Shown here: piece after piece, positions 18,833 to 29,059 of the stretch
Layout of the letters: every line of letters begins with the position of its first letter
How positions within the stretch are numbered: the stretch's first letter is position 1
DNA from: Carpediemonas membranifera BICM
Taxonomy: Eukaryota; Protista; Fornicata
Assembly (NCBI GenBank): GCA_019828565.1
Contig: JAHDYR010000024.1
Coordinates: 427,664 to 491,663 of the forward strand
DNA length: 64,000 bases
Direction of reading: 5' to 3'
Made by a program: the position numbers and the translations under genes
The notes under the pieces: generated by a model
What the model was told of the DNA's origin: nothing
The model's input: the letters and a program-made list of their open reading frames with translations, nothing else
Database searches by the model: none

Positions 18833-20416
18833 ATGGCGCATATCGTCCGTTCAAAGCGCGATCTGACGTTCACAACTGGGAAACTAGCGACGGGAGAACA
18901 AGTGGGCCCCGGTTCCTACGATCCTGACGCGAAATTCCACAAGTTCAACAGCGGAGCACCGTTCCGCTCGACCACTCGGCGTGATTTCCTTGATATGTCC
19001 GCTCAGGCTGAGCTTCCTGGCCCAGGAACATACACATCTTCGCCAACGGGCTCCGCGGGCGCTGTTTCGCTATCGAAGAGCGCCCGCTTCGCCGCAGCGC
19101 GAAAGGACCCTGTCCCAGGCCCGGGACAGTACGAGAGCCCAGGTTCGATCAACTCCAGCAAGGGACCGTCGTTCAAGCCGCACGACCACCAGGGCGAGGC
19201 CCGTGCGGTCCAGTGGGTGCGACAACAGACTGCCCCCTCGATCCCACGGGGCGCACAGTCGTTCGGATACGATGAGACACCGTCCCGTGTGCTCATCCAG
19301 CAGGGCCCGCCGCAGGAGATGCTGAGCGGTGATCCTACGAACTCAGTCGGCCCGGGACAGTACGAGCTCGGCCCCACGCCGGTCAAGCGGGCGGCCAAGT
19401 CAGCGTCGTGGGCCCGGTCGCAGTCGAACCGGGGCGACTACATCCCCAACCGTAAGACCCCAGGTGTTGGGGACTACAACGTCGCCCAGTCCTCTGCCCC
19501 GCTGTCCGCCTCGGCCAACTTCAAGTCGTCCATCAACCGGTTCAAGAACACCGCCCCGACCCTGCTCAACCCAGGGCCCGGGGAGTACGAGGTGAGTCAG
19601 CCGATCGCCCAGGTAAGGACCCAGAGCGCGTACCAGGGCTTTGGCCATGCTCAGAGGGACTGTGCCCGCATGAACGGCGGGGCAGGGCCAGGTCCCGGGT
19701 CGTACGACGTCCACGTCGGGGAGGTCAACGGCCTGATGACCAGCTCGCGTCTCAAGTACAAGGGGTTGCCATCCAGACGGTCGGGCGTCGACTCGTTCAA
19801 CTCCTCCGCACCCAGGTTCAGCTCAAAGAAGCCCGCAGAGCTTCCAGGTCCAGGTTCGTACGAACCCCGCCCCGTGTCGAGGCCCGAGCCCGCCCGGCTG
19901 GCCCCCTTTGGTCGGACAACCGGCCGTTTCTCCAACGACACGAAGGAGGGCCCCGACCCTGGAGCATACTACCAGCGCACACCCGCCAAGAAGCCTGTCA
20001 GGGCCTCTGCGGCATTCGCGGACCGGTCGTCCCGTTTTGAGGGCCCGACGTCGCTGTGGGCGACTGCCCGGGTCGACCGGAGGCCCGCCCCTATGTATGA
20101 GCTCGTCGCTGCCATAAACGAGGAGCACGGACGCCAGCCCGCCCCCCACAGTGCACCGCCCGCCCGCCGCGTTCCATTCGGGAGCACGCAGCCCAGCGAC
20201 CGCAACTCCTTCCTGGCCAAGGGGCCGAGAGACATCCCCGGGCCTGGTGAGTACATGCCGGACAAGCCTGCTCGGAAGACGAGTGTGGGGCTGTCCCGGT
20301 CGGCGCGGTTCAACAGGGGCGGGGTGGAGGAAAGACCGGGGCCCGGGTACTACTACACGGAGGGCAGCACCATGGTCAAGCGGAGCTTCAATGTAACGAT
20401 AGACAGACTCGACTGA
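18833..20416 (+). CDS. Sperm-tail PG-rich (SHIPPO/STPG/ODF3-type) repeat flagellar protein
   Basis: About ten (P/V)GPGxY repeats. Confidence 0.9.
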   Translation: MAHIVRSKRDLTFTTGKLATGEQVGPGSYDPDAKFHKFNSGAPFRSTTRRDFLDMSAQAELPGPGTYTSSPTGSAGAVSLSKSARFAAARKDPVPGPGQYESPGSINSSKGPSFKPHDHQGEARAVQWVRQQTAPSIPRGAQSFGYDETPSRVLIQQGPPQEMLSGDPTNSVGPGQYELGPTPVKRAAKSASWARSQSNRGDYIPNRKTPGVGDYNVAQSSAPLSASANFKSSINRFKNTAPTLLNPGPGEYEVSQPIAQVRTQSAYQGFGHAQRDCARMNGGAGPGPGSYDVHVGEVNGLMTSSRLKYKGLPSRRSGVDSFNSSAPRFSSKKPAELPGPGSYEPRPVSRPEPARLAPFGRTTGRFSNDTKEGPDPGAYYQRTPAKKPVRASAAFADRSSRFEGPTSLWATARVDRRPAPMYELVAAINEEHGRQPAPHSAPPARRVPFGSTQPSDRNSFLAKGPRDIPGPGEYMPDKPARKTSVGLSRSARFNRGGVEERPGPGYYYTEGSTMVKRSFNVTIDRLD

Positions 20417-20631
20417 GACCGGGTTGTCGGGCGAACAGTAAACTTATGATGGTGCGGTGGGGATGGGGTGAGGGAACAAGCCTGGCAATATGGTGGCCAT
20501 TGGACGACCATGTCCAACAACGGCCCCACCCTCATCCATCGGTAATTGCGGCTCAACAATTGGATCATCTAGGAATTTAAGGCGCCCTAGAATTTAAGCT
20601 TCGCATAACCAAAACCTCAACCCTTAAACCC

Positions 20632-21948
20632 ATGGATTCCCTCGTTTCCCGTCTCGAAAACGCTGTTGCCCGTATGGAAACCCTTATCACTGGCAAGCCC
20701 GGCGAGATCGGCGCTCCTGCTGCTGCTGCTGCCTCATCAGCTCCTCAAGCCGCTGAAGTCGATCCCCTCGTCACCCAGCTTGACAAGATCATCCAGGACA
20801 CATTTGGCAAGATCGATAAGGAGGCTGCAACCATCGGTGAGGATGTTGCGGCCGCTTCCGCCGAGGTCATGTCAGTTCTCGCCATGATGCGTGATTTCGT
20901 CGACATCTCCCTCCGCGCCAAGAAGCCCGGTATGGCTGAGCTCGCTGAGGCCACTAAGCCCATGTTCGAGCTTGCGATGAAGCTTGCAGACCCCGATCGC
21001 CGCTCGGCCCACTACGACCACCTCAAGACGTTCGGCGAGGCCATGTCTGCGCTGCAGTGGCTCGTCATGGACCCCAGCATGGGCACGCCCGCCGGGTATG
21101 TCAAGGAGATCGGCGGCAGCGCCATGATGTACGCCAACCGGGTCCGCAAGGGCCAGGCGGGCTGGGACACGGTGGACACGCGCTTCGCCACGGCCATCGA
21201 CGCCTTCTTCAAGCAGCTCGAGGAGTACATCCGCGAGAACTTCAAGACTGGGCTCAAGTGGTGCCCCAACGGCGCCGACCTCAAGTCCATCCATCCTGCC
21301 ATGAAGACCGCCCCTAACCCCCCCACTGGCGGCGGTCTGTTTGACGCGTTCGACGGCAAGGACCCGACGACGATGATGAAGCACGTGACGAAGGACATGA
21401 AGACGAAGAACCAGCCGAAGCAGGCCCCCGTCAAGCCCCAGGCCCCCGCCAAGAAGCCGGTGGCCGCCAAGAAGGACGCCCCCGCCCGCCCCCCCAAGAC
21501 GGAGCTCGTAATGCGGAAGTGGACCATTGAGAACTATGTCGGGGACAAGGTCATCGTGCACGAGGCCGAGAGCGGGCAGTCTGTCTACCTGTACAACCTC
21601 GTCGACTGCGTCGTCCAGCTACCAACCAAGTTCAACCAGCTCACGGTCGACAACTGCAGGGGTTGCGGCATCATCGTCGAGACGACGACAGCCTCGATTG
21701 AGGTGATCAACTCGAAGAAGCTCGAGGTGCAGATTAACGGCACCTGCCCGACCATGACGATCGACAACACCCGCGGCATCCAGGTCCACCTGTCCGAGAC
21801 TGCTGCCGCCGTCGAGCTCCACTCCTCGACGTCCACGGACATGAACGTCCTGCCTATGTGGCTCGAGGAGGAGATCCCCGTTCCCCAGCAGTTCGTCCAC
21901 AAGCTCGTCGACGGCAAGCTCCACACCACCACCGAGGAGCATGTGTAA
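20632..21948 (+). CDS. CAP1: Adenylyl cyclase-associated protein (CAP/Srv2)
   Basis: N-terminal RLE motif LVSRLENAVARME, FKTGLKW, KHVTKDMKT, C-terminal CARP beta-helix, EIPVPQQF. Confidence 0.95.
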   Translation: MDSLVSRLENAVARMETLITGKPGEIGAPAAAAASSAPQAAEVDPLVTQLDKIIQDTFGKIDKEAATIGEDVAAASAEVMSVLAMMRDFVDISLRAKKPGMAELAEATKPMFELAMKLADPDRRSAHYDHLKTFGEAMSALQWLVMDPSMGTPAGYVKEIGGSAMMYANRVRKGQAGWDTVDTRFATAIDAFFKQLEEYIRENFKTGLKWCPNGADLKSIHPAMKTAPNPPTGGGLFDAFDGKDPTTMMKHVTKDMKTKNQPKQAPVKPQAPAKKPVAAKKDAPARPPKTELVMRKWTIENYVGDKVIVHEAESGQSVYLYNLVDCVVQLPTKFNQLTVDNCRGCGIIVETTTASIEVINSKKLEVQINGTCPTMTIDNTRGIQVHLSETAAAVELHSSTSTDMNVLPMWLEEEIPVPQQFVHKLVDGKLHTTTEEHV

Positions 21949-22139
21949 AGTTGCTACTGAATGAATGATGCTCCGCTGTCCCGGGCACTGATGTGAGCAT
22001 TGTCGTCCCGATGTCACCCGGCTGGGCATCGGTATGTCGGACCCTGTACCGACCGTCAAGCAGTGGAAGGGGCGCGCGTTGTCACGTCTCATCGAGATCG
22101 GATCCCGTCCCGGGAGGCCTTGGCATTTCTCTAGGTCTA

Positions 22140-23725
22140 ATGATGTCTGCGGCTGCAAACGTCTCACTGGACGTCAAAGACAGTCTTATTGACGCTTATC
22201 ATGTTGCCGTAGCAGTAACATCCACAATTGCTGGCGATGTGCCTTCTCTGCTTCGTCACGCCTATTCGCGACAATTCGGGCAGATCCTGCCCACGGGGAA
22301 CGATCAGAAGACCATATTATTACCAACAAGCAACGCATCGCCTGAATCCCTCCTCGATAAGCTGATCAGTTTCCCTCTTCTCGACGATAAGGCGCAGCCC
22401 CTCCTCGACCGCGCCCGGTCGATCCTCGCAGACGGCCCGCAACTGTCCATGAACGTTGAACTCGCGGATGGCGAGGAGCTCACGGCCGCCCTGCATACGC
22501 TGAACCAGGGCGCGGTGTGGGCATGTCTGCTGAGTGGCGGGGCCAACCCCGACCTCGAGGACATGGTGTTGAAAGATACCCAAGAACAGCAGCCGCGTAA
22601 CAATATGGCGCACAGTAGGATCCGTAGTTTCTTTGTCTCGAATGCCAAGTGCCTCTGGTTCCTCTGCCGCAAGTTCTTCTTCACCTGGAACGTCGCCGAG
22701 AAGGACGGTGAGTGTTGTCAGTGTTTGGGGTACAACAGTTGCTACCACCACCGCATGTACATGGGCCGACTCTTCATGCTCCACACGAAGCATCACACCG
22801 CCTCACCAGGGCCATGATGCCCAGGGCACTAGAGGTCTGCAGCGACGAGCTCACCCACATCGCCAGGACTCCCAAGGGCCTGTGGGGCTGGGGGTATAGT
22901 GATGGTGGTCAGCTGGGGTTCGAGTCAGATGGCTTCGGCGACCCGACCCGCCTCACCTTCCCCGCCTGCCCCGATGTCGCCGAGCTCGAGGCCAGCCTGC
23001 CCCCCTGGGAGAAGCACAGGATGGTGACAGATGTGTCGATGAAGGGCGGTCAGTCATTCATACTCACCCCGGTCGGCACAGTCACTGCCGGCGAGGATGC
23101 GGTCCTCTTCGCTGGCAGGGTCGAGGAGAACAGCTATCGCTTCAACCCAGTTGCTGTACCAACTGGCTTTGTCCCAGAACGCGTAATGCATGATGAATGC
23201 ACTGTTATCCTCTCCATGGGCGCTCGGCAGGTGATCAGCGGTGACAATGGTTACGGCCGACTGGGACTGGGGCATGAGAATGAGATGACTGGGTTCGTCG
23301 ACCTTCCCTTCAGGGTCGACCGGATCATGCCCTCGAGCGATGAGTTTGCAGTGTACATCAGCCGACGCCAGCTGTTGTTCGCTGGTCTTGTCGGGCAGCA
23401 CATTGCCCAGACTGGCCTGCTGCCTGACACCGACTTCTGCTACACACCCACTCCACTCCGATTCCCATGCTCTGTGCAGGCGTGGTGCTGCACAGACCTC
23501 GCCCTCGTGTGGGTCTGCCCGGGTCAGACCCACTTCAGCGAGCGGTACCCCCACCGGCAAATCACGGTCCCGTTTGAGGCGACGGCGTTTGCTACCTCTG
23601 AACACGTGGTCTGCTTCCAACAACCCTCGGGCCAGTGGTTCGAGACTGGCCTGCAGGGCGATGTTGTTGAGTGTTGTGCCCCTGAAATGTCCTATCGTAT
23701 TGACCGGGTTCAGTTCCTGGCGTGA
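22140..23725 (+). pseudogene. RCC1/BLIP-II-like family protein (paralog B) with a 1-nt deletion at about 22800
   Basis: Shares GGANPDL, WFLCR, GRLF and DPTRLTFPACPxVAxLEASLPxWEKHR with 6911-8470. Adding one T restores HTCLTRA (paralog A has HTCFTRA). Confidence 0.7.
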
Positions 23726-24672
23726 TAAATAATATGAATCTCATAAGTCCACTTGTTGCTGGTCATGGCATTGAGGTGACTCATCTGATGTTCACCGTAT
23801 CTGTAGTGGTAGTATATGAACATCCTACAACTCTTGAGGGGTGTGCAGAATGCATCGGATGCATTAATGGTGTCGTGCATTTCAGACTTGGGCCGAGTCT
23901 GACCCTCGTCAGATGCGTCTCGGCTCGGCAGGCTCCACTCCCCTGTAAATGAAGATTCGGACCTGATCATTGATTGAAACAGCTGGTCACCCGTGCATCT
24001 TCCCCAGTCAGTCAAGTCACACGCATAGCCTCCAGCTCGGCCTGGTCGATTGTCCTGGGTGGCTATCGACGAGGTTATCGTGAAGACCAGGAGGGGAGGC
24101 CGTGTATCTGCAGATATGTGCGATCTTTCCGACCGCTGTGGCAGACTCAACGACGCGCTGGTTCATTGACTCAAGCCTAGGAATACCGAAGGCCACTCGC
24201 CTCTCGACCTCGCACCGGATACCTCAGACACCACAACATCCCATCAGGCCGGCTATATGTTAGCAGAGCTTGCTACTTGGCGGAAACAGCCCTTCCGGAC
24301 AGAAGTCGCGTGGTACAGTGATTTATAACTGGGAAGCAGACCCGGACCCGACTCAAGCAAGGGTCAACATCAGATCCAAATGTCGACTCATCTCCAGTAA
24401 GTTTCAGTCGTTGCTGTACTTTATCAGCAGGTCCATGGGTTGACTTCAATGGGGATAACTGCTTTCAAGTCAGGCGGTGCCTCGCACTCCTCCCTCGCAG
24501 CAGCCTCATCTGAGCATTGCTGGCTAGCTGGAACGGTCCTCCTATGCTGTCGAACGAGGGTTCAGCGATGAGAACAAGCAGTGATCATGGCCAGAGCCCT
24601 GTTCAACATCAACCGACCGTGCCTCCTCATAAATGGATCACTCAGTCAGGCCAAATCGCATTTACAAACCGC

Positions 24673-25959
24673 CTACACAAAATCGTCGTGGCCGTCATCA
24701 CCAGGCCGGGCGTGCCGCTGCAGCAGACCAGTGTTGTCGGCATCGCCCATTCCAGGGGACATGACGGGATAGGCTTGCAGGGGTGACACAAGCCCGCCCT
24801 GTGTCATTCTCATTTCATCGCCGACGAAGCCCTCGAGGCTCTCACTCATTCCGGCGGTAACAGTGATGACTGGCGATGCCACGAAGCGGTGGAAGAGACC
24901 AAACGCGTCCGTCTTCCAGGTGAACGCGAAATGGACGGTGGAGTCTGGCAGAGCGACGTTGACGCGGTCACAGGCGGCGTGCATGCGGCCCTCGAGCTGC
25001 GTGCGGCGCATTTGGATGAAGTAGCGCTGGAGGAGGGAGCTGACGAGCATGAACGCGATCATGAGGACTATGAGCAGCAGGCCGGCCATGAGGGCCGTCG
25101 ACACGGCCATGGAGTTCCAGAAGAGCATGGCGTAGAGGCAGTAGGGGATGAGCATGCAGACTCCGAGGACAAAGGGCGCCGCCGTGAAGATGAGGTTGTA
25201 GCGGTGAACATCCACGGTCATGCTCGTGATCGTCCGCATCGCGTTGTCCCAGGTGGGCTTGGTGACGAGGTCAGCGAGGCACTCGGGGTGTTTCCGCTCC
25301 CACTGGTGGCCCAGGAGGTACCGCGCAGACATACCGATGGAGTACTCCACGCCGTGGGCCTCGTGTAGCTCGGGAACGTCGAGGACGACAGCGATTTTGA
25401 GGTTGGACGGGAACCGCATGCGGTAGGGTCGCCAGGGCTGCCTGTACGTGCCGCGGAACACGCGCAGGGAGACATGCACGCCCATATCAGCCAGGTTGTG
25501 GCTCACGGCGATGCGACGGAGGGCGGCCTCGACGCGGCGAGCGTAATCCCAGTGAAGGGCGACGACGGCACCGTAGCCAAGGGCAGAGGAGAGATAGAAG
25601 AGCCACGGGATGCAGATGATCAGCGCCAGGGCCAAGCCGATGGCGACTGACCCGAAGATGCAGACAACGAAGCCGGCGACAAAGAGGAGCGCAAGAAGCA
25701 CATTGATGATGGGGTCGACGAGCCGGGAGAAGTTTCGGACGGCGAGCAGCTCGTGCACAATGGACCGATATGATGCGTCGGATATTTTGTCCATGTACAC
25801 CTCTGGGAGGCCGTCGATGCCGCCGTATGGGGCTGGATAGATTGGAATATGGAAAGGGACGCTTTGCTGGACCGGAGGGTTGAAGTCAAACTCTTCCCCG
25901 ATCATATCTGCGGCGTCCACGAAGTCATCCTCCTCGAAAGGGGGTTCGTTCATTGACAT
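24673..25959 (-). CDS. Membrane protein with two tandem Erf4/GOLGA7-like modules
   Basis: Two similar blocks (LPEVYMDKISDASYRSIV.. and WERKHPECLADLVTKPTWDNAMRTI..), each followed by a hydrophobic hairpin. The family call is tentative. Confidence 0.6.
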   Translation of the reverse strand: MSMNEPPFEEDDFVDAADMIGEEFDFNPPVQQSVPFHIPIYPAPYGGIDGLPEVYMDKISDASYRSIVHELLAVRNFSRLVDPIINVLLALLFVAGFVVCIFGSVAIGLALALIICIPWLFYLSSALGYGAVVALHWDYARRVEAALRRIAVSHNLADMGVHVSLRVFRGTYRQPWRPYRMRFPSNLKIAVVLDVPELHEAHGVEYSIGMSARYLLGHQWERKHPECLADLVTKPTWDNAMRTITSMTVDVHRYNLIFTAAPFVLGVCMLIPYCLYAMLFWNSMAVSTALMAGLLLIVLMIAFMLVSSLLQRYFIQMRRTQLEGRMHAACDRVNVALPDSTVHFAFTWKTDAFGLFHRFVASPVITVTAGMSESLEGFVGDEMRMTQGGLVSPLQAYPVMSPGMGDADNTGLLQRHARPGDDGHDDFV

Positions 25960-26252
25960 TGTGAGGATGCGTTCGCACTGCAAAGCTGCGCGTGCTATAT
26001 CCGGAGTTGCCTGACTGGGAACCCGCTGTGTATGGCTCAGGTAGTGGCATCGAACGACGTCTGTATGCGGCGGGCTTGGATTTCGACAGGATGTGGTTTA
26101 TCCAGAGAGCCAGGGGAGGGGAGAAGGGATCAATAGTCTTCTAGCAGCAGTCCCCAGCCGCACTGCACACACCAGAGGCTGGCTACATGCCACAGGCCGT
26201 GGGAGGCTCCATGCCCATAACGCAGGTTAACCTCAGAACGAACGCGCAGACG

Positions 26253-26552
26253 ATGAGCGAACGTAGAGCAGACAAAAGAAACCCATACACTGACGAGTCA
26301 TTTGCATCATTGGACATGCCGACGCTCGTAGACTCCCTGATTGTGAAGGCATACGACCGTGCGAAAGAATTCGTCCGTCAGCGGCCCAATGAGATTATTG
26401 AGGAGGTATCAGAGCGCGAAGAGGCACTCATGGACGAAATTGAGCGGCTGAAGAAGTCCAATCTGTATCTAGAAGGCATCGTCCGGGTTAAGAACGACGA
26501 AATCGCCGAGCTCGTGGAGATTATCCGCAGCATCTCGCAAGAGGACGACTAG
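26253..26552 (+). CDS. Small coiled-coil hypothetical protein
   Basis: Charged heptad C-terminus; start may be 26187. Confidence 0.55.
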   Translation: MSERRADKRNPYTDESFASLDMPTLVDSLIVKAYDRAKEFVRQRPNEIIEEVSEREEALMDEIERLKKSNLYLEGIVRVKNDEIAELVEIIRSISQEDD

Positions 26553-26593
26553 ACGTTTACTACAGCTATGATATTATAGGATAAACGCGCCCA

Positions 26594-27338
<745 letters not shown>

Positions 27339-27714
27339 TGTTGAACGATGCTCGTGGTTTTGGTCCTCGAAAAGTCGGTCGAGTCGACCTGTTTCCATCC
27401 AAGTACCGCCCCAGCTGAATGCACCGATGCAATGTACAGCAGACGCGATGCTGTGTTACCTGCTCTGTTTTTGTACCCAGACTCGTGCTTCGCGGCATGG
27501 CCCTAATCAAATCCTGCCAGTCAAAAATCGAAAACGATGCCAGGCAGCCTTCTTTCTCTGTGAGCCAATCGCGCCTTGCGTTAAATCACTTGAATTCACC
27601 CGATTTGAATTGATTTCAATTATCTCGACACCTGTGTGTCGAAGTTTTGTCGACTTGCCTCGTCGACGATTCGAACGGTGTTTGTTTGAGCTTTGTAGCC
27701 TTTATTCAGTATCC

Positions 27715-27987
27715 ATGGCTAAGAGAACGAAGAAGGTCGGTGTTACTGGCAAGTACGGTACTCGCTATGGTTCTTCTCTCCGTAAGATGGCCAAGAAGAT
27801 CGAGATCGCCGCCCACTCCCGCTATGTGTGCCCCTACTGCGGCAAGCACAGCGTGAAGCGCACTGCTGTCGGTATCTGGTCCTGCCGTGGCTGCGGAAAG
27901 ACCATGGCCGGCGGTGCCTGGTCTCTCAACACCACCGCTGCCGTCACCGCTCGCGCCACCATCCGCCGCCTCCGCGAGTCCCTGTAA
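27715..27987 (+). CDS. RPL37A: 60S ribosomal protein eL43 (L37a)
   Basis: [25 protein letters not shown]4 zinc finger. Confidence 0.98.
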   Translation: MAKRTKKVGVTGKYGTRYGSSLRKMAKKIEIAAHSRYVCPYCGKHSVKRTAVGIWSCRGCGKTMAGGAWSLNTTAAVTARATIRRLRESL

Positions 27988-28132
27988 ACGGCTAGCATCG
28001 TAAACCTCCAATGCGTCAGTTTGTTGTTTTATGGGTGAACTTTCGTCCCTTTGTCGCCATGCTTCGTTTGCAACAAAACGGGAAGAAGGCAGCTGGTTGA
28101 TCCAATTTAAAGGTAGTGCACAGGTACAACGC

Positions 28133-28746
28133 TCAGAACACGAACTCTTCCTCCTCCTCAGCCGGGCCAAGGCCAGGCTCGTCAACTCTGCAAATGGCAA
28201 ATGGCGTAACCTTGCCAGCGGTGGCAGGCAGCTCAATGCCAATAATTCTGCATCGACATACTCCACCCTCACGGATGACCCTATTGGCATTGTCGCCAGT
28301 GCCGACCCAGGTCACTGGGGTGGATGTGGAGTCGAAAACGTAACCAGATAGACGCTAGGTAAAGGGGCGAGCGTTGGACAAACGGATTGATCGACGAACA
28401 CACGCATGGGGCCAGCGGTCGCATGGAAGCCAGTCTCATGCGCCGTGCCGACGATGACGTCGATGACCTCGTTGATCATCGGGACAAAAACGAGGGCGCT
28501 GTATCTCACCTTGAACGAGGCAGAGCCGCCATAGCGTACAGCAGACTCATTGGACTCGGATTCTGGCAGTAGGAAACCTTCTGAGATTTCCATATTCCCG
28601 ATAACGGCTACAATTGAGCCGATTCCGTGAAGGTATCGACCTTCGACCTCGCTCTTGAGGATATCCTTGATATATCTCTGCATACCAGAGTTATAGTACT
28701 TGGGCGGCACATGGACGCGCCTACTAAGAGTCATACGCATCAACAT
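28133..28746 (-). CDS. RPB7: RNA polymerase II subunit RPB7; 2 exons (28746-28384, 28354-28133)
   Basis: EVEGR..G.IVAV, FKVRYSALVFVP..NEVID, GF...AGPMRVFV; exon 2 CRIIG...FAI. Confidence 0.88.
28355..28383 (-). other. Spliceosomal intron, 29 nt (RPB7)
   Basis: GTTTGT...CTTTACCTAG; removal restores the frame. Confidence 0.88.
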
Positions 28747-29059
28747 GCCTGTTTTCGGGGAGCCGCGTTCGCGTCTGCAGAAAACTGCAAGTCTAGAATT
28801 CCGGCCCTGTAACGTTAGTCAGGGTATGCTAGGCATGTAACGGCTCAGTACACTCGTACCAGCATCATGCTAGCGAGCTTGTTTGGTCACCCCGGCATGA
28901 AGCTCTCCGGAAATAATATTGGAGGGTCCCCAAGCACGTCACACAATCAGCAGATGCGGCACGTAGCGTCCTGGCATCATGTCTGCCTGGCCGGCTCTGG
29001 CCGCGATCTCGCAACGAGTCGCGGAGCGACTTGTGAGAGACAAGCAAACAGGCCATATC

